Shown here piece after piece: positions 34,145 through 45,400 of a stretch of DNA of 64,000 nt. Source of the stretch: Kiritimatiellia bacterium. Lineage in GTDB: Bacteria; Verrucomicrobiota; Kiritimatiellia; RFP12; UBA1067. Location of the stretch: NCBI GenBank assembly GCA_045537795.1, contig JAZSQE010000068.1, positions 56,252 through 120,251 on the forward strand, given 5' to 3'. The notes below the pieces were generated by a model. That model made no database searches. It was given only the letters and a program-made list of their open reading frames with translations, and had not been told where the DNA came from. A program made the position numbers and the translations under genes. Position 1 is the stretch's first letter. Every line of letters begins with the position of its first letter.

Positions 34145-35514
34145 TTCTCGTCGCGAAGAAGTTCGATGAGCCGCTTGCCGATGTCCGTATTCTCGATCAT
34201 CCCGACGAGAATATCGGCGTCCTTGCCCTGGGCCGTCGTCAGAGTAGGCAGAGCCGTGTGCGAGCCCGAGCTCCAGCCGATGCCGGCGCGGGAATTGAGA
34301 ACGTTCTTCACCGCCTGCGCGAAAACGTAGCGCCGGCTCACGTCATGGGCCGTCGTGTCCTCGAGTTTCGCTTTGACAAATCCGACATCCTTCTCGAACG
34401 CGTCCTTGAGCTGCTTTTTCTCCTTTTCGGACAAATTCTCGAGGCCGAAAAGCTCCTTGAGCTCAATCTCGATATCCTCAAAAGCGACATTGCCTTGGGC
34501 TTTGCCGATTTTCTTTTTTATCTTCTCCGAATATTCTTCAACGGAAATCTTCTGACCTTCGAGCAGTCCGACCCTGAACGCGCCGCCTATACCCGAGAAG
34601 CCCATCGCCATGCCGCCCGTCTCGTGATCGCCCGTCACGACGACGAGAGCTTCGTCCGGGCGCTTTTTCTGGAACTCGAGCGCGAGCGCGACGGCGCGGT
34701 CGAGTTCGATGACGTCTCGCAGGTTCGTTGCCGCGTCGTTGGCGTGACCGGCGTAGTCGATCTTGCCGCCCTCGCACATGATGAAGAAGCCGTCTTTCCC
34801 GTCGACGAGTTCGATCGTCTTTTCAAGCATCTGCGAAAGCGAAGGTTCGGAGCCGTCGTTGTCTATCGCGAACGGCATCGGCCCTCTCGAAAAAACGCTC
34901 CACGACCTGCCGCCCGGCTTGAGCGCCTTCCAGTCGTCGACGCTTTTCGTGACCGTATAACCCGCTTTCGCGGCAAGCTCGAAAATATCGCCTTTGTATT
35001 CGGGGTGATTCTTCCTGTTCTCCTGCCCGTTCATGCCGCCGCCCGCGAAATGATCGAAGCCGCTCGCGACGAGATCCAACCCGATGCCGTAGCCGTCGCT
35101 TCTGCTCGTGCGATGGGCATAGAAACCGGCGGGGGTCGCGTGACAGATCGTGACGGTCGTGAGAATGCCGACTTTCATGCCGCGCTTTTTGGCGACTTCG
35201 GCGACACTCTCGAGCCTCTTGCCGTCTTTGGATATGCCGATCATGCCGTTTCTCGTCTTTTCACCGCACGCGATGGCCGTGGCCGCCGCCGCCGAATCGG
35301 TTATGAGAGAGTTGGAACTGCGCGTCCTTGTCGAAGATTGGTACGGCATGGCGTTCATCACCAGCGGCCCGTAGCCGGTCTTTCTGGCGAATTCCTCGGC
35401 GACCATGCGCTGCGGCACGGACATTCCGTCGCCGATGAAGAGGAACACGTATTTCGGCGCGGCGCAGAGCGGCAGCACGAAGCATACCGCCAGGACAAGG
35501 GGGAATCTTTTCAT
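34141..35514 (-). CDS. Secreted alkaline phosphatase (PhoA family)
   Basis: The signal peptide is followed by FIGDGMS, then ITDSAAAATA (active-site Ser context) and ..VVTGDHETGG... Confidence 0.85.
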   Translation of the reverse strand: MKRFPLVLAVCFVLPLCAAPKYVFLFIGDGMSVPQRMVAEEFARKTGYGPLVMNAMPYQSSTRTRSSNSLITDSAAAATAIACGEKTRNGMIGISKDGKRLESVAEVAKKRGMKVGILTTVTICHATPAGFYAHRTSRSDGYGIGLDLVASGFDHFAGGGMNGQENRKNHPEYKGDIFELAAKAGYTVTKSVDDWKALKPGGRSWSVFSRGPMPFAIDNDGSEPSLSQMLEKTIELVDGKDGFFIMCEGGKIDYAGHANDAATNLRDVIELDRAVALALEFQKKRPDEALVVVTGDHETGGMAMGFSGIGGAFRVGLLEGQKISVEEYSEKIKKKIGKAQGNVAFEDIEIELKELFGLENLSEKEKKQLKDAFEKDVGFVKAKLEDTTAHDVSRRYVFAQAVKNVLNSRAGIGWSSGSHTALPTLTTAQGKDADILVGMIENTDIGKRLIELLRDEK

Positions 35515-35527
35515 TTTCGGTTTTTCT

Positions 35528-37741
35528 TTAACGTTGCAGTTTTCTCAGAAAGGTCGCGGCCTGACGCGCGGGCTGACCGCCCGGATATTCTTCGAGAAGC
35601 CGCTGGAATTTCGATATCGCGTCATCCCGTCTGCCCATGCGGTGGCAGACGACGCCCCACTTCAGAAGCATCTCGTCAAGCCACGGCGCGTCGGGATAAT
35701 CCTCGAAGACGCGCTCGAGCGTCTCGTTGGCACGGGTGTAGTCGCGCGTCGAAATGTAGTAGTCGATGACGCGCTTGTAGCTGTCGCCGGCGTATGAACT
35801 CGAGGGATACGTCTCGGCGCAACGCTTGAAAGCGAGCATCGCCGCGGAAAAATCAGGCTTGCGCCGGTCCCTTCTCTGCTCGGACAAGAGACGGATGCGC
35901 TCTTCTATGGCCTCGCCGATGCGGAACTGCGCCTCGGCCTTGAGCGTCGAATTGGGCAGATTGATGACCGCGTTGTAGACCTCGATCGCCGAGTAGAGCG
36001 ACTCGAGCGTCTTCTCGGTGCGGCGGGCGTTGGCGATCTGCATGAACGCGCGGTCGGCGAGCGCCGTGTCGGGATAACGCTTCACGAGCGCGCGACATGT
36101 GGCGATGGCGTCTCTCAGCCTGCCCATGACAAGATGGAGATTCCACATGACTTCATACGCCTCTTCGATGACGGAGCGGTCGAGCGAGAAACGGCGGGCA
36201 AGATCCATGAGTTCGCCGACGCGCTCAAGCCCCTCCTTGGCCTTCGACGTTGCGCTCGCCTCAAGACCTACATCCTTGAAGATCGTCGCCCATTTGTAAA
36301 GGAGCTGGGCTTCGAGAAGAAGTTTCTTGGACTGAACGGTCGCTTCGCTCGAATGGGCGACGATCGACTGCGGCTCGGTCGAGCCGCCGACGAGAACGAA
36401 CGCGTCGGCCGTGCGCATGATCTTGTTCGTGCCGCCGAGGTGCACCGCATCTTCGTATTCCGCGACAACCTTTTCTTCGGGGTTGACGCCTATTTCGCCC
36501 GCGGGGAACTTCACCTTTGCAGGTTCGTTCGTGCCGGCGGGGAGAAGACGCGTGACGAGCCGGCCGGTGAAGATGCCGCTTCGCGGCGAGGTTTCAACGA
36601 GTTTTACCTTGATCGAATCACGTTCGATCCACGGCGCGTCGGGAGCGGGCGGGGGCGGGGGCGTGCCCGGTTCGGCGTCGGCCGGCAGTTCGGGGCGCTC
36701 GCGGTAGAAGACCTTGATCGCCACTTCGGCCTCGTCGATCCTGTCGGAGACGTCGAGGTCGAAATCCCTGAGGCGGATGAACGCGGGCTGATCGACGAAA
36801 ACGCCGCGCACGCGCTGGCGCTGGGCGCCGTCCATGAACGAAATCGAGGCGGACGACACGATGCTCGCGCCCGCCGCGCGCGTGATGTCCTTGCGCCCGT
36901 CCTCGGTGTTGGAGTCGACATACTTGACGGCTATCTTCTCCGCCCCGTGGACGGTCAGCCTGCCGTCGCCGCTCGCCGTGGGTTCGCTTGTCGTTTCGAC
37001 GGACGCGAGAAAGTCCCCGTCGCCGCGGCCGAAGGGAACGAGTTCGGCGCGTTCGCGGTCACCCGACATCGAGCCGAGTTCGACGTGGCTTTTTTCGCCG
37101 AGCGAAGCGAGAACGGCGAGGTCTTTGTCTTTGACGTGCACGAAAACGCGCTGGCCGGCTTCGGCGAGAACAACACGGTTGGTGAGATCGTCGACAGGCA
37201 CGGCCGTGCCGACCATCGCGAACGCTTCCGCCGCGCGCGTGTAGCGCCCGGCTTCGAAGTGGATCTCGCCTATGGTGAAGAAGGCGTCGTTCGAAAAATC
37301 GCTCGTCGGATATTCCTGCGTGAGCTTTCTCAGCGTCATGACGGCCTCGCCGGGCTTGCCGCGCGCGAGCTGGAGCTTGCCTTCGAGAAGAAGCGTCTCG
37401 GCGAGCTCTTCGTTATCGGCGCTCTTCGCGGACTTCCTGAGTTCCTGCTGGGCGTGGTCGAAATCGCGCTTCTCGAGATAATGCCTCGCGAGCGTGAGAG
37501 ATGCGGTGAAGCGCGCCTTCGAATCGGGGTACATGCGCCAGACGGCTTCAAGCATGCCGATCGCACGCTCGTCTTCGCCGGTCTCGAAAAGCGCGGCGGC
37601 GTTCTTGACCATGCGCTTGGCGCGCATTTCCACCTTGTCCTTGTCGATACGGGCGGTGCCCTTCGCCGTGCGCTGCGGCGGCGCGGCGAGAAGCGAGGCT
37701 GAAATTGCGAGTACGGCCGTTGCCAGAATTTTCTTCTTCAT
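35528..37741 (-). CDS. Secreted TPR-repeat protein (737 aa) with BamD/YbgF-like TPRs flanking two beta-rich insert modules
   Basis: I trimmed the start to ATG 37741 (MKKKILATAVLAISASLLAAPP), which has a GAAAGG SD. YP-type TPR motifs recur: MYPDSKARF, EYPTSDFSNDAFF, RYPDTALADRAF, TYPSSSYAGDSY, DYPDAPWLDE and EYPGGQPARQA. There is also a Pro-rich linker (GTPPPPPAPDAP). Confidence 0.85.
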   Translation of the reverse strand: MKKKILATAVLAISASLLAAPPQRTAKGTARIDKDKVEMRAKRMVKNAAALFETGEDERAIGMLEAVWRMYPDSKARFTASLTLARHYLEKRDFDHAQQELRKSAKSADNEELAETLLLEGKLQLARGKPGEAVMTLRKLTQEYPTSDFSNDAFFTIGEIHFEAGRYTRAAEAFAMVGTAVPVDDLTNRVVLAEAGQRVFVHVKDKDLAVLASLGEKSHVELGSMSGDRERAELVPFGRGDGDFLASVETTSEPTASGDGRLTVHGAEKIAVKYVDSNTEDGRKDITRAAGASIVSSASISFMDGAQRQRVRGVFVDQPAFIRLRDFDLDVSDRIDEAEVAIKVFYRERPELPADAEPGTPPPPPAPDAPWIERDSIKVKLVETSPRSGIFTGRLVTRLLPAGTNEPAKVKFPAGEIGVNPEEKVVAEYEDAVHLGGTNKIMRTADAFVLVGGSTEPQSIVAHSSEATVQSKKLLLEAQLLYKWATIFKDVGLEASATSKAKEGLERVGELMDLARRFSLDRSVIEEAYEVMWNLHLVMGRLRDAIATCRALVKRYPDTALADRAFMQIANARRTEKTLESLYSAIEVYNAVINLPNSTLKAEAQFRIGEAIEERIRLLSEQRRDRRKPDFSAAMLAFKRCAETYPSSSYAGDSYKRVIDYYISTRDYTRANETLERVFEDYPDAPWLDEMLLKWGVVCHRMGRRDDAISKFQRLLEEYPGGQPARQAATFLRKLQR

Positions 37742-37761
37742 GTTCTTACCTTTCAAAACGA

Positions 37762-39408
37762 TCAGTGGACTTCATTGATGACCGCGCCGCCCGTGGCGAC
37801 ACCGAGGCGCTCGAGCTGCTGGTGAGCCTGCGAAGACTCCCAGGTCTTCTTCCATTCGGGCTGGCGAAGCAATCTCTTGTAGAGCGCAATAGCCATCTCC
37901 TTTTCGCCGTCGGCCTCGCGGTACTGCGCCATCTGGTAGACCGCCTTGGCGGCGTAATCCGGGAACATCGACATGAGTTCCGTGAGAGCGGCGTAGCTCT
38001 CCTTCTTCTTGTTCGCGGCGCGGTACGCGTACTGAAGTTCCCAGAGCGTGCGGGGCGGATCGGAAAGCTCCACATATATCTTGATCGCCTTTTCGTACTC
38101 CTTCGTGCGGTCTCTGTAAACCCACCCGAGAGTATACTTGACCCTGACCGAAAGATCCGCGTCGGGCCCTTGACTTAAGCACTCCTCGAGATCGAGGGCA
38201 GCTGCCTTCCAGTCGCCGGCACGGCTGTCGATTTCATATTTCAGCCATGCGCGCGAAGGCGCACCGTCGACGGCGGGCACGAGAAGATGCGCCGCTTCGT
38301 ATAAACGGTTATCGGCGAGCGTGATCGCCACGTCGCGAGCGTGCTTCGAGCGGCGCACGGTGTTTTTTTCAGCCATCAGACTCTTCACGAGTTCGTCGGC
38401 GCTCGCTGAAATTTCCTTGCGCGAAAGAAGCCCGATCTGAAGACGGAAGATCGCCGTGCGCGATTCCCACACAAGGCCGCCATCCTCCATAATCTTTCTC
38501 ACGCTCATGGCCCAGGCGAGAAACGCGCGGTTGAACTTCTCGATCATCTCGCTGCGCTTCTTGGGGTTTTCGCATTTTTCGATAAACCACCTGCCGAAAA
38601 AGAGATGACTGTGTTGGAGATAGGTAATCTTCCAGCCTATAGTGTCGAGAATCGCCTGCGCGCGCTTTTTGCTGTCTTCGCCGCAATCAATGAGAACCAC
38701 TCTTTCCATCTGCTGGAAATTCTGCATGATCGCATACGCCTCCCGAAGCCTCGAGCGGGATGAAGACCAGGTGTTGTAAACGACTTCTTTGAAACCGCCG
38801 AGAACTCGCTCCCAGTATTCGATCGCTTCGTCTATCTTGCCGGCGGTCCAGAGACGGCAGGCGCGATCGTAGAGCGCGAGCGCCATGACGGGCTCCTTGG
38901 CGCACGCCTCGTCGTCGATCAGCTCGTCGATGATGACATCGCCCGCCTTGGTGTCACCCATATCGATCTTCGCGCGACCCATCCAATACGTCGCGTTCGC
39001 CGCGATCCACTTCTCATCGCCGTAGAGGTCAAGCATTTCAAGATAAAGCCTGACGGCCTCGTTGCGGTCTCTGGCGAGATGCCTCGAGAACGCCTGCATA
39101 AAGGCCACGTATCCGAGAAGAGAAGCGTCCGAAGATTCGGCCTCCGCCTGAATCTGCACCTTCTTCCACTCGGCGGCGGCCGCGCGGAATCTCGTCACCT
39201 GCTGCTGCGCCGAGAGCCGCCCTCCGCCGCGCGCATCGTACGCTTCGCCGAATATTTTTGCGGCGCGGTCTACGCTGGCGCGGATCGTGAATTCGAGATT
39301 GCGGTACACCTCGCCCGGCATGCGCCACGTCCATTCGTAAACGCGCGCGTCGCACGTGAGCACCGCCGCGATGGCGATTACGGCTGTCGAGACAAGTTTC
39401 TTCATCAT
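37762..39408 (-). CDS. Secreted all-helical TPR-like repeat protein (548 aa), function unknown
   Basis: The signal peptide is MMKKLVSTAVIAIAAVLT. The rest is a helical-repeat sequence (..AIEYWERVLGG.., ..AIKIYVELS.., ..AIALYKRLL..). The start overlaps the giant gene's stop as ATGA. Confidence 0.8.
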   Translation of the reverse strand: MMKKLVSTAVIAIAAVLTCDARVYEWTWRMPGEVYRNLEFTIRASVDRAAKIFGEAYDARGGGRLSAQQQVTRFRAAAAEWKKVQIQAEAESSDASLLGYVAFMQAFSRHLARDRNEAVRLYLEMLDLYGDEKWIAANATYWMGRAKIDMGDTKAGDVIIDELIDDEACAKEPVMALALYDRACRLWTAGKIDEAIEYWERVLGGFKEVVYNTWSSSRSRLREAYAIMQNFQQMERVVLIDCGEDSKKRAQAILDTIGWKITYLQHSHLFFGRWFIEKCENPKKRSEMIEKFNRAFLAWAMSVRKIMEDGGLVWESRTAIFRLQIGLLSRKEISASADELVKSLMAEKNTVRRSKHARDVAITLADNRLYEAAHLLVPAVDGAPSRAWLKYEIDSRAGDWKAAALDLEECLSQGPDADLSVRVKYTLGWVYRDRTKEYEKAIKIYVELSDPPRTLWELQYAYRAANKKKESYAALTELMSMFPDYAAKAVYQMAQYREADGEKEMAIALYKRLLRQPEWKKTWESSQAHQQLERLGVATGGAVINEVH

Positions 39409-42400
39409 TCAAGCCCTTCGAAGGATTTCGCTTCCTGCAGAAGAAGACCGCGGGCGCGGCGGGCCCATTCGGTTTCCGGATATTCGAACACCGTGCGCTT
39501 GAGATAGAGATACGACTGTTCGAAATTGCGCACTCTCAAAGCGGTGTCGCCGGCCCAGTAGAGCGACTGCGCGCGCATCGCGGGCGGAGCGCTCTCGGCG
39601 TACTTCTCCGCCACGTCGGCAAACGCCACGACGGCCTTGCGGTACATCTCGCTCGCATCCCGGCACAAGCCCTTGTAGGCGGGATGTTTCTCCATGAACG
39701 CCTTCTGCGTGACCTCGGCCTGCTTGACGTAGCAGCTGCCGCTCATGAAGAGCGCTCGCGGCGCCTTCTCGTGTGTCGGGAAGCGCTTCTGGAAGTTCTG
39801 GTATATCTTGCCGGAGATGTCGTAGCGCTTGGCCTCCTTGTAGTAGTAGGTCGCCAGACGTATCGTCGCATCGCCGACGAGTTCGCTCTCGGGATAGAGA
39901 TAGGTCATCTTGACGTACTCTTCGGACGCGCGGGCGTAGTCGCCAAGCATTTCAAGACAGAGCGCCTTGTGGTACTGGCTGCGCGCGGCAAAGGCGCCGT
40001 CGGGCCAGCTCGAGAGAATCGCCGAGAAACGCGCGAGCGCTTCGGTGTAAAGCGGCGTAGCCGCGACCATGTCCTTGGCGTCCTTCTTCTCGGTCGCGAG
40101 TTCCTGATAAAGGTTGGCGAGGAGAAATTCACCCTGCGCGAGGTGCGATGAGTCGGGATAGTTCTTCAGAGCCTCTTCGAGGATGTGCTTGCCCTCGTCG
40201 ATGGCCTTGGTGCTGCGCTCCTGCTGTTTGAGCTTTCTGTGTTCCTTGGCCTGCTCGAAGAGACATTCCGCCAGACGGAACTGAACGAGAACCGCGGCGT
40301 CGGAATCGCGGAAGCGCTTCGAGAACATTCTCACGGAACCGTCGGACCCGCGGAAGACGCTGCCCGTCACGCAGAGCGTCTGCGCCGGAGTTCCCGGGAG
40401 AGTCAGGTCGTCGCGGTACGAGAAGACCATCCTGTCGCCGTACTTCTCGCTCGGACAGGTGCCGGTGAAAATCCCCGAATGGGGCAGCGTCTCGGTGAGG
40501 CGGATCGTATTCGTCGTGCCGCTTACGAGACCGACGGCCCTGACGTCGATCAGATCCGCCGCGTCGCTTACGTCGCGGTCGGCGTCTTCGACCTGAATGA
40601 AGAACTTCTCGCCCACGTGCGCGGCATCGCGCGGCGCGGTATAGGTGGAATCCATAAGCGTGAGCGACGCGTTGGAGACGAGCTTGAGCGTGCGGGAAAG
40701 CAACGGCTCGCCGTTTTCGTCCAGCACTTCGATCTTCACCATGTCCGCGCCCGTGACGCCAAGTTCGGGATCTTCATCCTCGGCGAGCGTCGTGTTCGGA
40801 TCGGGCGGCCCCATGCGGAGTTTGACGAGCGTGTTGAAGCTGCCTGCCGCATACGCCTCCTTCGCGGACTCGTCGCCCTTGCGCAGATAGAAACCGGGGA
40901 AGCGCTGAGCGAGTCTCATCGGTATCTCGATCGACTCGGTGGCGCTCGAGGCACGCAGCGTTATCTTGGACGCGGCATGACGCGCGCGCGCCGGATCGTT
41001 GACCCTGACCGGAATCGGCGTCGAGACGTTGACGGGGATCGGCTCCTTCGAAGAACTGATCCGGCTTGTCATCGGCACGGCGTGCAGGACGTCTCGGTAG
41101 AGAGCCTTGACGTTCTCGTTGCCGGCGCGGCGGCGGATTTTTTCAAGCTGCGCCTTGGCGGTCACGGAATTGTCGACTATGCGGGTGCGGCGCGTGTGGA
41201 AGAGCGTCACGTGCGGTTCGCCCTTCTTCGCGGCCTGAACCTTGTCGGTGCGCACGAACGGCACGCCGGGATTGGTATTCTCGCGGTCCTCGTAGGCGAG
41301 CGTGAGCATATCGTCGCTCCGGACTTTCAAGGCGCCGGCGGGAGCTTTCGGATCATCCGCGGCGGCCGTCTTCACAAGAGCCATGAAAAGACCGCTGTGG
41401 ATGCCGTCGAGCGTGTCGCCGTTGAGCGAGACGCCTTCATAGTACTTCGACTGTTCGATGAGAGTGATCTCCTTGCTTTGGCCGGATTTCGTCGTGACGA
41501 CGGCCTTGATCCTGTCGGCCTCCGGCGTCAGATCGCCGTCCGCGTCGACGACGGAAGCGATGATGACATCCCCCGGCTGGAAGCGGAAAGCCTTGTAGAG
41601 GCGCTGTCTTTCCCAGCCGCCTTTCGTGACTTCGGTCTGCTCGAAGAAGAAGTTGACCCTCGCGTTGTTGAACGAGCTTCTGAGGTTCTTCTGGAGGACG
41701 CGCTTTTCCCCGGACGAGGTGACTTCGTCCTGATACGTGACGAAGATGGAATCGCCGGGCGCGACTTCGAGATTGTCGTTGCGCTGCGCGTCCGAGAAGT
41801 CGCTCTCGCACGGAATGATCGTCTCGCCTTTGGCATCGGTGACGGTCATCTTCGAGACCGTGACATCCGGCCCGGTGCGGTCGGCGAATTCCCACCTGAG
41901 CGATCTGAGACGCACGGGTTTGGGGAAGACGGCCGAGAAGCCGTCGTCCGTGCGCGAAATGACGGCCTTGTCCTCGAGGAACTTGACGATCGAGGAGTGC
42001 TTTTCGGCGTCGAACCAGTCGTAGGGAATCGCCTTGGCATCTTCGCCCACGGGCTCCCAAAGGATGTCGAAGGAATCTTCTTTGAGAAGCGCGGAGGCGA
42101 AAAGCTCGAAGCGGTGCGCGCCGGCCGGCACGTCGAAAGTGACGATGCGGTTGTGGAGCGAGGCGCCCTGACCCTGAAAAACCTGCTCGCCGTCGAGATC
42201 CATCGCGATCCAGAGATTGCGGAACGTGTCGCCCTGGGTGTTTTGGGCGACGATCCTCAGACGCATGTAATCGTAATTCCCGGGCTGGTTGAACGCCGCA
42301 GACCAGTACATCGTAGAATTGCGGCGGTTGCTGTGCGTAGCGGTGTATGTAAAGTTGGAGACATTCATCTCCTTCGGCCCTCTCACGCGGCCGAAGCGCG

Positions 42401-45400
42401 CGCGGATGGAGTTCGCCGATCGCAGACGGATGCCGTCCTCGCGCTGGAACTTGATGCCGATGCGCTTATTGACATTTTCCGCCGGAAGCGAACCGAGGCG
42501 TATCGTCTCCGTGCCGAGCCGGCCGACGAGCGTGACGGCGCGGATTTCCTGCGAGTTTTTGATTCTGATCGTGGCGTTTGAGACACGGTGCGAGGCCATG
42601 GTGTCGACTTCGATCCATTTGCCGGGCTGCCCGTCGGCAAGGCTGCGCCATTCGCCGGACTTGTTCTTGTTGATGACGTCGCCGGAATTAAAGCCCGCGG
42701 CGGTGTCGCTCGCGAACGCTCGCGGCGGCGGCAGCGATGTCGGAATCTGCGCGCGGAAGACGCCCGAATACGGCTTCGTCTCCTTGAGCATGACGTTTTC
42801 GAGCGTGTCGCCGCTCGTCGTCTTCACCGAGACCGGCACCTCGCCGATGCCGTTCTTGCCGGCGGAGCAGTCCTTGTCCTGCACGAAGATGTAAAGCGGA
42901 TTGCCGGGTCTCAAGGCGCTTGAAACGACCGACGTGTCTAAAACGCCTTCGAGCGAATCTTCAAGGGCGCTCTGCGTATCCTTCTCTTCTGCGCGCGGAG
43001 CGCCCGCGCCGATGGAGAGCTTCGCATCGTCGATGACCCTGAGAACCTTGGGCTTGTTGAGCGGCAGGCCGCGCGCCTTGAGGAACTCCGGCTCGATCAC
43101 GTACTGCGCGACATCGTCGCCCTGCACTTCGAGGACGAGGTTCGACGGAAACGCCGCCGCGAGCCTGACGTCGATGACGCCCTTGAACAGATTGGGGTCG
43201 CGCGACGAGGGATAAAGAAGAATGCGCTCGGAGTCGCCGCCGGGCTTCGCCGTCAGGATGACGGGGATTGAAGCGCCGCCGCCCGCGACGGAAAGGTTGC
43301 GGTCCTGAACGGTAATCGTGAGCTGCTGTCCGGGGCGGATGGCCGTGCGGTCCGAGAGATCGCCGATCATGACGTCGGTATCGTCGACTTCATTGTTGGT
43401 GGCGAGTTTCCACTTGCCCTGGAGGAATCGCGCTTCGGTGTGGGTGAAGTCGATCGCGAAGACTTCGCGCAGTTCCTTGATCGTTTCGTCATAGTCCTTG
43501 CGGTCGAAGGCTATGCGCGCGGCAAAGTAGTGCGCCTGCGCCTGAATCTGGGTGTCGGGCTGGCTGAGCCAGTATTCGATCGTCGCTTCGGCCCCGGACG
43601 TGTTGCCCGTCTCGATCATGAGGTCGACGGCGCGGAACATCGCCTGTCGCCCGGCCGGCGTCGAGTTGTACTTCGGGTTGTTGCGGATCGACTGGTATTC
43701 GAGCTTCGCCGCTTCGAAGTTCTGCTGATCGCGGAAGCACTCCGCCCTGACGAGAAGCATGGCGGCCGCGAGGTCGGCGATGACGCGGGCCTCGTTGCCG
43801 AGGATGGCGGTAGCGATCTGACGGGCCTTGATGAGATTTTCATCCTTCGCGCCACGGTCGAGACGCAGCTGCTCGACGCCCCAGGCGGTGAAGTCGGGCG
43901 GCAGATTGATCGCCTCGCGTTCGAAGACGGCGATGTTTTTCTTCAGAAGCTCCCACGCGCGCTCGCCGTTCTTGCGCGAAAGCTCGTCGGCCGCGACGTA
44001 AAGCGGATATGCGGGATTCTTCTCGTCCACGGGATAGATGCCGGGCAGTTTAGGCGCAGCCTCGGCGCGCACGCGCGAAGCGAATGCGACGGTCGACGAA
44101 TCGCGATCCGCCGGAACGGAATTGGCCATAAGATAGGCGCTCTCCCAGAAGCCGGCGTCACGAGTCTTGGTGAGGAGATTCCTGAACGCACCGTAGTTCC
44201 AGTGCCAGACGCTGGCGCCGAAAGTAGCGGCGCACTCCGCCATCTTGAACGTATTGGAGGCGGCGAGCGACTCGGCGTATACGTTCTGGTAAGCGATGCA
44301 GTGGTAAACACTGTCGGGGGGCGCTCCGCGGCAATTGCCGTTCATAAGTTTCACGCCCTGACGATACGTGTCAAGGAGAGTTTTCTGGACTTCCTTGTTT
44401 TCTCTGTTGGCATTGCCGTAATTGTAGAGAGCATCCCAGCTTTGCGTATCTCCAAGATCTACGAGCGGAAACTCGTTAGACTTGATCGCGCTCAGCGCAG
44501 GGATGACATGCTCACGGAGAAACGGCCCCATACGGTCCTTGACGCCGGCTTCTACCGCCGCCTTGTCACGCGGGAAGGTTATGATTTGATACATTCCCAC
44601 AAGAGCGAAAATCCTGGACGCTTTAGGAACGGAATCGAGTTTATTCGCGGCGGCGAGATAAGTTTTGAGAGCCTCGTCACCTCTGCCGACGGCGGCAAAC
44701 ATGTTGAGCATAACTCTTGCGGCACGTCCGCTATTCGCAACATCGGCGTCGACGATTTTCGCGAGAGCCTCATTCCAGGGAAACGCCTTCACGACTTCCG
44801 GCTTGCTCAAGCGTGACGAGAAATGGCGCGAAACATTATCGATCAGCCAATCACCGGGGATTCTGAAGCCGGGATGCTTGAAGAGCAGATTGAGCGCTTC
44901 AAGCATATCTTTCTCCGACTTGATTCTTCCATGGTCGAACTGACGCGTGATAAACGAAGCGAAAGCGTCGAAGTTGGCCTTGAAATAATCAATGTCCTTA
45001 GGCAGAGCCCCGATCGATGAAGGAATATTGCAGCCCAGGAGCGACGAATAGTCTCCTGTAACCTTAGCTCTTTTTTTATTGATTGCCCATACTATGCCCT
45101 CGTTCTTGGCATTGCGCATAGCCAAACCGCACATGTGGTTGAGCCCGTCCCAGTATCCATAGCCGTTACCATAAATATCCTTGGTCACCTCAATGTATTT
45201 GGCCGCCGAATTGGGCTCTCTTTGACAGAGCGCATAATATCTATAAAGTATGGCATGCATCGCGCTTGTACGGGATTTCGCCTTGTTCGCAAGAGCGATA
45301 TATGCCTTGATAGCGTCGGCAACGACTTTATGCGCTTCACCAGGGCATACGCCCCCGCTTGCGTGTTTGAGCGAAGCAATCTTAACGAGCGCGGCATATA

